From: a virus
IMG/VR virus record: IMGVR_UViG_3300037424_001177
Span: 32,001 to 96,000 of that record
Length of the DNA: 64,000 nt
Reading direction: 5' to 3' (one strand)
Shown here: positions 9,416 to 17,736 of the stretch, in pieces
Layout of the letters: every line of letters begins with the position of its first letter
Position numbering within the stretch: the stretch's first letter is position 1
Position numbers and translations under genes: made by a program
The notes under the pieces: model-generated
Databases searched by the model: none
What the model was told of the DNA's origin: nothing
Seen by the model: only the letters and a program-made list of their open reading frames with translations

Positions 9416-10035
9416 AAATGTTGGTGTCCGCTCTTCGATGCTGCTTGCAGTTTGAGCGTATTGGGCGTCGGATGGGGCCCGATGGTGATTTCGTGGCTCC
9501 TATTTGTGGGGCCCGTCAGGTTCGTGAGAATGACACCCCTGTCGTCGTTTCATTGACTAGCGGAAAGTTCACCGTCACTCGACCTCTTGAGGGTATGGTG
9601 CGTCACGCTTTCACTGTTTGTGAGATGGAAAAAGAAGCCTCTCTTTTGAGCGCGTTGTACAGTGAGCTGGACAAGCTGTCGACTTTTCACTCGTGGGGAA
9701 ATCGCTGCACTTCTTTTCGACCAGCGTACGATAAAGTCAGAGAAGCAGGTTTGTACCCAAGCTCTCTTGTCTTGCCATACAAACTCTTGCACCTTGTTTG
9801 CGAGGGAGGTCTATCCGAGAGCGATGCAGATCATTTGATGCTGACGCGCGGCTGTGTCACGACTGTCCAATCTCTCAAAGTAGTTTGTGCGGGGGATGCT
9901 TTGGCTGACAATGCTGCTCTCATGTTCGCGGAGCCGAAGGATGCGGGCTTCTACTTCCGTTCTGATGACCATGTGTCCGTGTGTTTGACCAAGGCCGATC
10001 GTGCTGTGGTTGTGATTCATGACTTGGCTAGATGA
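9412..10035 (+). CDS. hypothetical protein
   Basis: GTGA overlap with the upstream gene; operon-like packing. Confidence 0.55.
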   Translation: MKMLVSALRCCLQFERIGRRMGPDGDFVAPICGARQVRENDTPVVVSLTSGKFTVTRPLEGMVRHAFTVCEMEKEASLLSALYSELDKLSTFHSWGNRCTSFRPAYDKVREAGLYPSSLVLPYKLLHLVCEGGLSESDADHLMLTRGCVTTVQSLKVVCAGDALADNAALMFAEPKDAGFYFRSDDHVSVCLTKADRAVVVIHDLAR

Positions 10036-10714
10036 CCTTGTCCACCATGCTCAGGGCTTAGACGGAACACAGGCACAGGAAGCTCTGTGGGCACGAGGAG
10101 CATCAAGCGAACAGATCGCTCGACACCAAGTGGGATTTTTGAATTCCCCTTTGCCTTCTCTCGTGCCGAAGGAGTTTCAGTTGTGGTGGGCGGGTCGAAA
10201 GCTGGACAACGCTTTCCTCTTTCCCCTAACGGACGCTCTTGGGTGCGTGCGAGGACTTCAGTTTCGAAGCATCGACCAAGCTGTTCGCGGGTACCACGAC
10301 TATGTAGTGGACCGCAACGTGCTGTGCTCGTTTGGCCTAGGGGCTACGGCCCCGATAATTTGGGCAGCACAACGCGCCGTGTTGGTTGAGGGCGTCTTTG
10401 ATTTCTTCCCTGTTGAGCGTGTGTTCCCGGAGACAGCTGCGGTTCTTGGCTTGTCTCCGTCGCGCCTGATGCTCAGATTTCTCCGACGCATGGTTTCGGA
10501 CATAGTTCTCCTAGCTGACGCGGATTTGGAGGGTAGGCGGGCTGTGCGGCGATTTCAGGATCATTACGGCGCGGAGTTCCGGATACAGGACGTCTGTTTG
10601 CGCGTGGCCAGAAAACGAGGCGGGATGACCAAAGATCCCGGCGAGTTGTGGGAGGAACTTGGTGACGCCGAATTGCGACGACTTTTTGTTGGTGCCGGTG
10701 TTGTGGCGATTTGA
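10019..10714 (+). CDS. DnaG-type primase (Toprim core, no Zn-binding domain)
   Basis: FPL..GLQFRSI, LVEGVFD, LADADLEG (DxD), KDPGE. Confidence 0.8.
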   Translation: MTWLDDLVHHAQGLDGTQAQEALWARGASSEQIARHQVGFLNSPLPSLVPKEFQLWWAGRKLDNAFLFPLTDALGCVRGLQFRSIDQAVRGYHDYVVDRNVLCSFGLGATAPIIWAAQRAVLVEGVFDFFPVERVFPETAAVLGLSPSRLMLRFLRRMVSDIVLLADADLEGRRAVRRFQDHYGAEFRIQDVCLRVARKRGGMTKDPGELWEELGDAELRRLFVGAGVVAI

Positions 10715-10729
10715 AGGAGGTCCCAAATT

Positions 10730-11239
10730 ATGTCGAAAGTCTGGTCTGAAGGTGAAGCTGTGCAAAAGGTCGCGGTGGCGTTGATTCCAAAATACCACTC
10801 TGAGTTGGCGGATGCTCGTTTGATGTACGTCTTTGTAAGTGAAGCATCGACCGACAAGAATGGACGTCAGGTCCCAGGGAAATCCCGGCGGATCACTGGC
10901 TTCCTAGAGTGGGCTCTGGATTGCGATTTCGTCATCGAGATCGCGGCCGATGTGTGGAAGACGCTCGATGCGGATCAACGCACCGCGTTAGTTGACCATT
11001 ACTTGGAGCGCTGCACAGGTGAGGAGGACGAAGAGACAGGGGAGATGACCTGGAAGCTTCGGGAGCCCGACGTCTCCGAGTTCCAAACGATCCTGGAGCG
11101 GCACGGTGCCTGGCATGATCAGCTGACAGGGTTTGTGTCCGTTGCGCAGAAGATCGACATTTCGTTCTTGTCGACTGATAGCTTGCAGGAAGCTGATCAA
11201 GAGACAAACGGTAGCAGCGACCTCTTACAGTCCACCTGA
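10730..11239 (+). CDS. putative phage metallopeptidase-like protein
   Basis: DFVIEI..W..L..QR.ALVDHYLERC...REPDVSEF..I.ERHG pattern; the HExxH motif is degenerate (HYLER). Good SD AAGGAGG. Confidence 0.6.
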   Translation: MSKVWSEGEAVQKVAVALIPKYHSELADARLMYVFVSEASTDKNGRQVPGKSRRITGFLEWALDCDFVIEIAADVWKTLDADQRTALVDHYLERCTGEEDEETGEMTWKLREPDVSEFQTILERHGAWHDQLTGFVSVAQKIDISFLSTDSLQEADQETNGSSDLLQST

Positions 11240-11251
11240 TCGCTGTCAGCG

Positions 11252-12649
11252 ATGTGGGATGTTAGGTACAGGCCGCTGCGGTTCAGCGACGTGCTCGGCC
11301 AAGAGGGAGCCGTCCAAGTCCTGAAGTCGCGTTTGCGTCGAGGCACAGGGCTCGACACGAGCTACATTTTCAGTGGAGGAGCTGGACGCGGCAAAACAAC
11401 CCTGGCCCGCATCCTGGCCCGCGCTTTGTTGTGTCAGGCCCTAACTGAGGACTCTGAGCCGTGCAATCAGTGTGAAAACTGCCTCGATACACTGAATGAG
11501 ACTGCCCCGGCTTTGCAGGAGATGGACGCCGCTAGTCGAGGCACTATCGACAATGTCAGAGCCATTGTCGATAGCTTGCCGTTTTTGGTCGCAGGCGCGA
11601 CGAAACGAATTTACATTTTCGACGAAGTCCATCGCATGAGTCGGGACGCCCAGGATGTGCTTCTGAAGCCGTTGGAAGACAAACTACTAGTAGGTATTTT
11701 CTGTACTACGGAACCTGACAAGATACGGACACCGATCCGTTCCCGTTGTGAGGAGCACCAGATTCGGAGGATTACTCGGGAACACGTGTTTGCACGTCTT
11801 ACGTTGGTTCTTACTCAAGAGGGCGTGACGTACGAAGACGACGCTGTGTGGACGGTGGTGGACCACTCCTTGGGGCATGTGCGTGACGCTCTAAACACGT
11901 TGGAGATGCTAGCCCAGTTGGGTCCTGTCACGCTGACTTCGGCACGTGAGCACTTGAATCTATCGGATGTTGCACGGTACTATGAGATCCTATTGGCTCT
12001 TGGCGACACTCCCACAGCAGTACAGTTGATCGAGGAGATCTGTGATCGTGTTTCTCCGGAGACAGTTTCTGAGGGCTTGGCTGAGGCTGCGATGAACAGC
12101 TTTCGTCTGGCCAACAACATGGTAGCCGACTACTCACGTGTCGATCGTGACTTGGCGGCTCGTGTTTGGACTAAATACCAAGCCGGCGTGATCCGTTTGG
12201 TTGAATACTTGATGAAGCCTGGACGTGTTACACGATCAAGTTTGATCTGCGATGCTGTCTTGTGTGCTTCTGGCGCTCCTGACAGACCGACTCAGCCTTC
12301 AATTCCCAGTCTATCTGCCGTTATATCACCACAGGTCCCCCCGCTACAACACAATCCGGACAAGCTTGTCGTAGCGGCACCTACAGTGCTACAACACAAT
12401 CCAGCAAAGCTTGTCGTAGCGGCACCTACAGTGACTGGGTTGCGTGCAGACGGGATCGGAAATTTGGGATCCCCTGATGTGCAGGCGTTGACATCCATGG
12501 ATGTGGTGGCCGTTCCTCGAGAGGCGTCACGAGGACAGAAAACGGATCCAGTACCGAAGCCTAAAGTTCTCTCACGAGAAGGATTTTTGACGCCTCCGGA
12601 ATGGCGACTGAAATTTTGGCAACTCCACACCACTCTGGCAGGCGCGTAA
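11252..12649 (+). CDS. dnaX: DNA polymerase III gamma/tau (clamp loader)
   Basis: YRPLRFSDVLGQ, GGAGRGKTT, C..PCNQCENC, EMDAAS, FDEVHRMS, SRC. Confidence 0.92.
   Translation: MWDVRYRPLRFSDVLGQEGAVQVLKSRLRRGTGLDTSYIFSGGAGRGKTTLARILARALLCQALTEDSEPCNQCENCLDTLNETAPALQEMDAASRGTIDNVRAIVDSLPFLVAGATKRIYIFDEVHRMSRDAQDVLLKPLEDKLLVGIFCTTEPDKIRTPIRSRCEEHQIRRITREHVFARLTLVLTQEGVTYEDDAVWTVVDHSLGHVRDALNTLEMLAQLGPVTLTSAREHLNLSDVARYYEILLALGDTPTAVQLIEEICDRVSPETVSEGLAEAAMNSFRLANNMVADYSRVDRDLAARVWTKYQAGVIRLVEYLMKPGRVTRSSLICDAVLCASGAPDRPTQPSIPSLSAVISPQVPPLQHNPDKLVVAAPTVLQHNPAKLVVAAPTVTGLRADGIGNLGSPDVQALTSMDVVAVPREASRGQKTDPVPKPKVLSREGFLTPPEWRLKFWQLHTTLAGA
12343..12432 (+). repeat. 45-bp tandem duplication inside dnaX (LQHNPxKLVVAAPTV x2)
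   Basis: gctacaacacaatccggacaagcttgtcgtagcggcacctacagt is followed by a near-identical copy starting at 12388. Confidence 0.9.
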
Positions 12650-12682
12650 TTTGTGGGCGAGCGAGACCCTAAGGTTCAGACA

Positions 12683-12724
12683 ATGATCCGAACCTTCCGT
12701 TACCCTCTCCGGCCTACCAAGGCT
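12683..12724 (+). repeat. 42-bp copy of the tnpB 5' end (41/42 identical to 5747-5788)
   Basis: atgatccgaaccttccgttaccctctccggcctaccaaggct versus atgatccgaacctttcgttaccctctccggcctaccaaggct. Confidence 0.95.
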
Positions 12725-12765
12725 ACAACACACAGGCAAGTTTTGCACGTCTGTGTGTTGTAGTC
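12721..12765 (+). promoter_or_regulatory. strong hairpin upstream of the NusG fusion gene
   Basis: ctacaacacacag (12723-12735) is the exact reverse complement of ctgtgtgttgtag (12751-12763); an inner gcaa/ttgc pair is also possible. Confidence 0.6.
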
Positions 12766-12777
12766 GAAGTCTGGTTT

Positions 12778-14634
12778 ATGGACAAAGCCGGCGAATGGGT
12801 AGTCCTTGAGTTGAGCTCTCGTGGTGAGCAAGAGGACCCCAAGATCCTTTCGGACGCTATTACACGATCACTGAAGGGCGCTGAGGTATTTGTCCCGGCT
12901 GCTGTGTCTGTAGTCGGTGGCAGCCGAACCTATCAGTATTTGGTGGACGGCTACGCATTTGTCAAACTTGACGGTCGCCGTCGAACTGACGATTTCTTCA
13001 AACTCGAGGGCACCAAGTTCGTGACTTCCGTCCTGGTGAAACCCGGACACAATAGGACTTTGTCAACTGTAGGCGATGACGCTATACAGAAATTACAAAA
13101 TCAGATACACACGTTCACGGATCAGGGCATAGGTATTGGCGATGTCGTCGTGATCACTACAGGCATATATCATGGTTTGCAAGCTGACGTTTACGAGGAG
13201 ATACCGGAACGTGACATGGTACAAGTTCGTCTCAAGTTGAGATCCAAGGAAGCCTTGTTGACGATTCCTCGATCTGCCTTGCAAGTTGTGGAGCGAGCCA
13301 CGTGGTCCAATCAGCGCGATCGTATTGATCTTTTGCTGAAGTGGACTCGTGACACCCAAGTGATTTTCTGTTGGAACTCTTTGACGCCGGATCTTTTGGT
13401 GAGTGTCTATCGGGATTTTCGATCTGTCAATCAGTGGTACGTTTCTGGTCGTTATTTGTGCGGATTCTTGGCTTTTGATACCACGATTCGGCAACAATGG
13501 CAGTTGTTGAATCGTGATTGTGTCGGCTACAACCGTCTCCATCGTCTGGAGAGTCGTGGACATTTGTTGTGTGCGTTTGTTGTCGCGTATCGTTTGTCCG
13601 AGACTGGCCTGCGAACGATACGTCAGTGGTGGCGCCACCTAAAACATGTGGCGAGCATAGTTGAGCGTTTGCAGAGACTTTGGGAAGAGGTCGACAACTT
13701 GTCACGACAGTTTTCGTCACAACAAGAGGATGGAGGGAAGTTGATACACAACGTCATCGTAGACGGTCACGCTTTGGCGTACCGTTGCTTCTACGCTAAA
13801 GGCCTGAACACTCTGACACATCAAGGGGAGCCGTCCGGAGCCGTCCTCGGATTTTTTCGCAGCTTGGCTTCGCTCCGAAAGCGTTACTCGACTGCGGCCT
13901 TGCGGGTGGTGTGGGATGGGTCCTCTGCACGTCGCAAGGCCCGATATACCGCCTACAAGGCCACGAGGAAGTCTCAGGACATCTCGTGGGTGGTTGCTAC
14001 GCTGCGCACACTGCTACCAGTTGTAGGGGTCAGACAACACTGGAACCCTGCTGAGGAGGCGGATGATGTGATTGCGACTTTGGTGAGGCACGATCTGGTT
14101 GATCAGAACAACCTCATCTTTTCGTCGGACCGGGATTTCCTACAGTTGGTTACTGACCGTACACATGTTTTGGTGCCAGCTACGGGTGCACGTAATGAAG
14201 TGCTCTTTGATCCTGCGGAGGTATCTCGTCGCTTTGGGGTACCACCTGGAAAGATGCTCGAATTGCGAGCTATGTTTGGTGACTCGAGCGATAATTTGAC
14301 CGGTGTCTGTCGAGTGCCGAAGAAAGTGCTCACGGATCTCTTGAAAGCCTACGGCTCTGTTGACAGGGTCTATCAGTCCGGGCTGGCGTCTGTGACAAAG
14401 GCGCAGTATGCTCGTTTGCAGACTGCGGAGTCGACAGTCAAGTTGAACCTGGAACTGATGTCCCTACAGGACGTGGACGTAACAACGATCTCTGCGGAGC
14501 CTGATCAAGCCTCCGCCACCAGACGTTTGCAGTCCATTGGCATACAATCTGAAGGTTTGTTGTCTGCATTTTTTCCGCAGTCGGATGTCGTAGTTGGTAA
14601 CGACTCGCAGGACTACATGTCACTTGCGATTTAA
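12778..14634 (+). CDS. NusG-like (NGN+KOW) domain fused to a PolA-type 5'-3' exonuclease/flap endonuclease
   Basis: N-terminus: WVVL..GE, VFVP, LVDGYAFV, IGIGDVVVITTGIYHG (KOW). C-terminus: IVDGHALAYR, VWDG, RK..Y.AYKATR, EADDVIATL, SSDRDFLQL, GDSSDN. Confidence 0.8.
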   Translation: MDKAGEWVVLELSSRGEQEDPKILSDAITRSLKGAEVFVPAAVSVVGGSRTYQYLVDGYAFVKLDGRRRTDDFFKLEGTKFVTSVLVKPGHNRTLSTVGDDAIQKLQNQIHTFTDQGIGIGDVVVITTGIYHGLQADVYEEIPERDMVQVRLKLRSKEALLTIPRSALQVVERATWSNQRDRIDLLLKWTRDTQVIFCWNSLTPDLLVSVYRDFRSVNQWYVSGRYLCGFLAFDTTIRQQWQLLNRDCVGYNRLHRLESRGHLLCAFVVAYRLSETGLRTIRQWWRHLKHVASIVERLQRLWEEVDNLSRQFSSQQEDGGKLIHNVIVDGHALAYRCFYAKGLNTLTHQGEPSGAVLGFFRSLASLRKRYSTAALRVVWDGSSARRKARYTAYKATRKSQDISWVVATLRTLLPVVGVRQHWNPAEEADDVIATLVRHDLVDQNNLIFSSDRDFLQLVTDRTHVLVPATGARNEVLFDPAEVSRRFGVPPGKMLELRAMFGDSSDNLTGVCRVPKKVLTDLLKAYGSVDRVYQSGLASVTKAQYARLQTAESTVKLNLELMSLQDVDVTTISAEPDQASATRRLQSIGIQSEGLLSAFFPQSDVVVGNDSQDYMSLAI

Positions 14635-14654
14635 CTCTTCGTGGAGGTAAGCAC

Positions 14655-15317
14655 GTGAGCACTGCTGGATATGTGATCTCGATTGACCCGATGAGATTGG
14701 CTACCCGATTCTCTTCTGAAGACGACGCCTTTTTTGCTGACGACACAGGTGACAGTGTCGATGCTGATTCTATCGAAGGCGTCAGTACCGAGGATTTGGA
14801 AGAGTTCTTTGCCACTAGTTCGTACGAAGAGAAAATCATGCCACTGTTGGACCGTATCCCGGGGCGTGAGGCTGACTTGATTTTGCTTTACTACATTTTG
14901 CGGAAGAAGCAGGCCGACATTGCAGCGATCTTCGAAGTGACGCAGGCGGCTGTCAGCTACCGACTCGCTCGCGGGATCAAACGACTGAAATTCTTGTTGA
15001 GCATACCGCAGGTCACGGAAGAGGACATGCGCACTGATTTGGCATCACTGTTCAGTCCTCGAGACACCAACATTTTGGTGGGCATGTGGCAGACCACCTG
15101 TCAGTCTGAAGTGGCTTTGCGCTTGCATATTCCACAGAGTGGTGTGCGACACTATTTTTTTCGTGCTGTTGATCGCTTGAAAAGCGCAGCCGGAGAAGAT
15201 CCAAAGTACGTTCCGTATGAGAAGATTTTCAGCACTATTGCTGCGAAAAATTTTAATATCTTGCGCGCCGTATCGTTGCCCCAGTGGGCAAATAGGGGTG
15301 GAAACGTTTGTGAGTGA
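14655..15317 (+). CDS. protein with two sigma-70 region-4-like HTH modules
   Basis: IPGREADLILLYY..KKQADIA.IFEVTQAAVSYRL.R...RLK and FSPRDTNIL.....QSEVALRLHIPQSGVRHYFFRA..RLK. SD GGAGG. Confidence 0.7.
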   Translation: MSTAGYVISIDPMRLATRFSSEDDAFFADDTGDSVDADSIEGVSTEDLEEFFATSSYEEKIMPLLDRIPGREADLILLYYILRKKQADIAAIFEVTQAAVSYRLARGIKRLKFLLSIPQVTEEDMRTDLASLFSPRDTNILVGMWQTTCQSEVALRLHIPQSGVRHYFFRAVDRLKSAAGEDPKYVPYEKIFSTIAAKNFNILRAVSLPQWANRGGNVCE

Positions 15318-15588
15318 CGTGATTACTGCTGATTCTGTGGAAGCTGTCAGTATCCGAGTTGCGAAAGCTCTCGACGTTGCAGTGAACGGTCCGCGCATTT
15401 TTTACGGACAAGGCTGTTTTGTTGTCGCTAAGTGCAAGACAGGTAAGCACATTCTCAGGGGGGGTTTGGGTGCGCTTGGGGTTGGTCAGATGTGGTTCGA
15501 GACGACTGACGACGACCGTAACGCCCCAGAATTTGACCACTTGCCGGTCACGCTCTGCGAGGACTGCTCGGCTGACGCCGTTGCGTAA
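15310..15588 (+). CDS. hypothetical protein
   Basis: GTG at 15310 overlaps the upstream stop; C-terminal CxxC. Confidence 0.45.
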   Translation: MSDVITADSVEAVSIRVAKALDVAVNGPRIFYGQGCFVVAKCKTGKHILRGGLGALGVGQMWFETTDDDRNAPEFDHLPVTLCEDCSADAVA

Positions 15589-15621
15589 TCACACTAATTC
15601 GTTTGTTCATTTGCCGAGTTT

Positions 15622-16527
15622 GTGGCGATCTCGGCAGCCAGTATCAGCGTTCAGGACGTAGGATTTAGCACTACTGTCGCAGGACGCGTCTGGCGTTGGA
15701 AGACCCGACTGGATGTCACGGGCGCATATCCTGTGTACGCCGTTGTTGAGATCGTGACACCGTTTGGGTTGTTTCGCGACACTATACCTTTGCCTGGTGA
15801 GGTGGTTCAAGCGATGAGCGAGTCTATTGACACGCTCAAGGCGACCTACAAACCGAGGATCTTGGTCGGGCCTCCAACGTCCCTTGGGTTTGCTGTTGAT
15901 GAGGGTCGCGGACTGTCAGTGACCCAAACGGTCTTGGTCGCCAACAACGGCACGTTTGGTTCGTTGTTGAACGCCGTCCTTACTTCGTCGGCACCGTACA
16001 TTCAAGCCACGCCAGGCTCGGTAGGAAATTTAGCGTCCAATGAGTCAGGGTCGTTCAGTGTGGCTGTCGATTCCACGGACTTGGTGGCCTCCAGTAGCCC
16101 CTATTCCGGGATGATTACTGTGCAGGACCCCACAGCTCTAAACACGCCACAGACGGTTCCTGTGCTCATCTCTGTGAGACCCAAGGCTGTCATCGTATTG
16201 TCGACGCCGTTGGTTCAATTCAGTGTCGTACGTCCGATAAGCGGACCGTTCCCGGTCGTCCCCAGTCAGCAATTCAATGTGTCGAACACAGGGGCATCTG
16301 GTTCGGTTCTCGAGTTTCAAGTAGCTCGACTGACGGGCCTGTCACTCTCGTGGCTTTCTTCATTCACGCCTGTGTCTGGTACAGTGACGACAGGGGTACA
16401 GGCCGTGAGTATTTTGGTTGAGCCTGTTGATGGGTTGTTGCCTGGGACGTACGAAGAGACACTTCGTGTTTCGGGGTACAGTTTGAACAACTACGTGGAC
16501 GTTTCGGTTCGACTGGTGGTTACATGA
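15622..16527 (+). CDS. putative virion protein with Ig-like/BACON-type beta-sandwich domains
   Basis: V/T/S-rich beta pattern; NTG..L.F...W, GL.PGTY..T..V motifs. Confidence 0.55.
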   Translation: MAISAASISVQDVGFSTTVAGRVWRWKTRLDVTGAYPVYAVVEIVTPFGLFRDTIPLPGEVVQAMSESIDTLKATYKPRILVGPPTSLGFAVDEGRGLSVTQTVLVANNGTFGSLLNAVLTSSAPYIQATPGSVGNLASNESGSFSVAVDSTDLVASSSPYSGMITVQDPTALNTPQTVPVLISVRPKAVIVLSTPLVQFSVVRPISGPFPVVPSQQFNVSNTGASGSVLEFQVARLTGLSLSWLSSFTPVSGTVTTGVQAVSILVEPVDGLLPGTYEETLRVSGYSLNNYVDVSVRLVVT

Positions 16528-16769
16528 GGATCGAATTTTCGACTACAAGCTTCGACAGCTTTCTTGGCGCACCGTGTGTGACATCAATACGGAGACGGGT
16601 CAAAGTCGCGACGATTCCTGACTTGAACGGTTTTCGGCGAGTATCAGCCGACACACTGGTCAATTTAGCGTCACGCGATTTGTGGGGGATCCGACGTGAC
16701 GGCGGAGACTTGTATATTGAGCGTCTATTTCAGGACAACGGATCCCCACTGAAGGAATCGAATGCCTGA
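16524..16769 (+). CDS. small hypothetical head-module protein
   Basis: ATGA overlap with the upstream gene; FRRVSADTLVN..RDLW..IERLF. Confidence 0.5.
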   Translation: MRIEFSTTSFDSFLGAPCVTSIRRRVKVATIPDLNGFRRVSADTLVNLASRDLWGIRRDGGDLYIERLFQDNGSPLKESNA

Positions 16770-17736
16770 GCAACCTCCGCCTCCGACGGCGCTGAAACGG
16801 CAGATCCCCAAGGACTACCCGTTTGCTTCGCGGTCCCTCAAACCTCTCGCAAGGACGTTGTGGGCGGCCAGCGTTGGTCTAGGCCACGCACTGTCGGCGT
16901 ATCGACATTTTAGCCGAATCAAGAGTTCCACAGTCAGTCCAGACGGGCTGATTGGTGGACGTGGCTACGTCTCGAGCGTGCAGGACATCCGGCGCATGTT
17001 GAACCAGGCGTGTGAGAACTTGAGCGCCGCTACGGACGTCCTGCACGACGAGATCAATGCTCTTCATTGGAAGACTGAACTGAAGGAGCTTCCAACGGAT
17101 GACCAGAAAGACATTGAGCTGTTCGTAGAAGAGTCTGAAGACCTTCGTAAGCGACCTGAAAGATCTGAGAAAGTTTTGCAGGACACGGAGAATTCCAACA
17201 ACAAGTCGAGATCTAAGGAGTCATCATACCGTTACGATTGGACCGCCAGTTGTGGGGATCCTCTTTCGGAAGATGATCAGGTTTGGTCCAGTTTGGATTT
17301 CGCCACATCGACCGTTCCTGATGACGCGTGGGACGAAACTCCAACTGACGCGTGGGATTTTGGTATGGGCTATGGTGCTCGAGGACAAGGAATTGACTAC
17401 GGCTACTGGGGCCCTGTGTCGCAGCAGCCAGGTCAAGATGTCCCTCCTACACATGAATCCTCACCTATGAGTGATAGTCGACATTCGTTCGGCCTTCTTC
17501 CGAACGACAGCGAGAGCCCTGTTGCGCGGGCTGATTACTATCGGGGTGACGGAGGTAACTTGGTCAACACACAATCTCAGCTGCCAGATCATGAGCCCAG
17601 TCTGTCGGTTATTGATCGGGATTTGATGAACACGAGTTACAGCGAGCAAGACGTGACCACTCCTTACGTGCGTTTTTCGCCGACTACTGTCGAATACCGG
17701 CCAGATCCACTCTACGATTGGCCCCAGGAGACCTGA
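16762..17736 (+). CDS. hypothetical protein with acidic low-complexity C-terminus
   Basis: Long ORF in the operon. Confidence 0.6.
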   Translation: MPEQPPPPTALKRQIPKDYPFASRSLKPLARTLWAASVGLGHALSAYRHFSRIKSSTVSPDGLIGGRGYVSSVQDIRRMLNQACENLSAATDVLHDEINALHWKTELKELPTDDQKDIELFVEESEDLRKRPERSEKVLQDTENSNNKSRSKESSYRYDWTASCGDPLSEDDQVWSSLDFATSTVPDDAWDETPTDAWDFGMGYGARGQGIDYGYWGPVSQQPGQDVPPTHESSPMSDSRHSFGLLPNDSESPVARADYYRGDGGNLVNTQSQLPDHEPSLSVIDRDLMNTSYSEQDVTTPYVRFSPTTVEYRPDPLYDWPQET

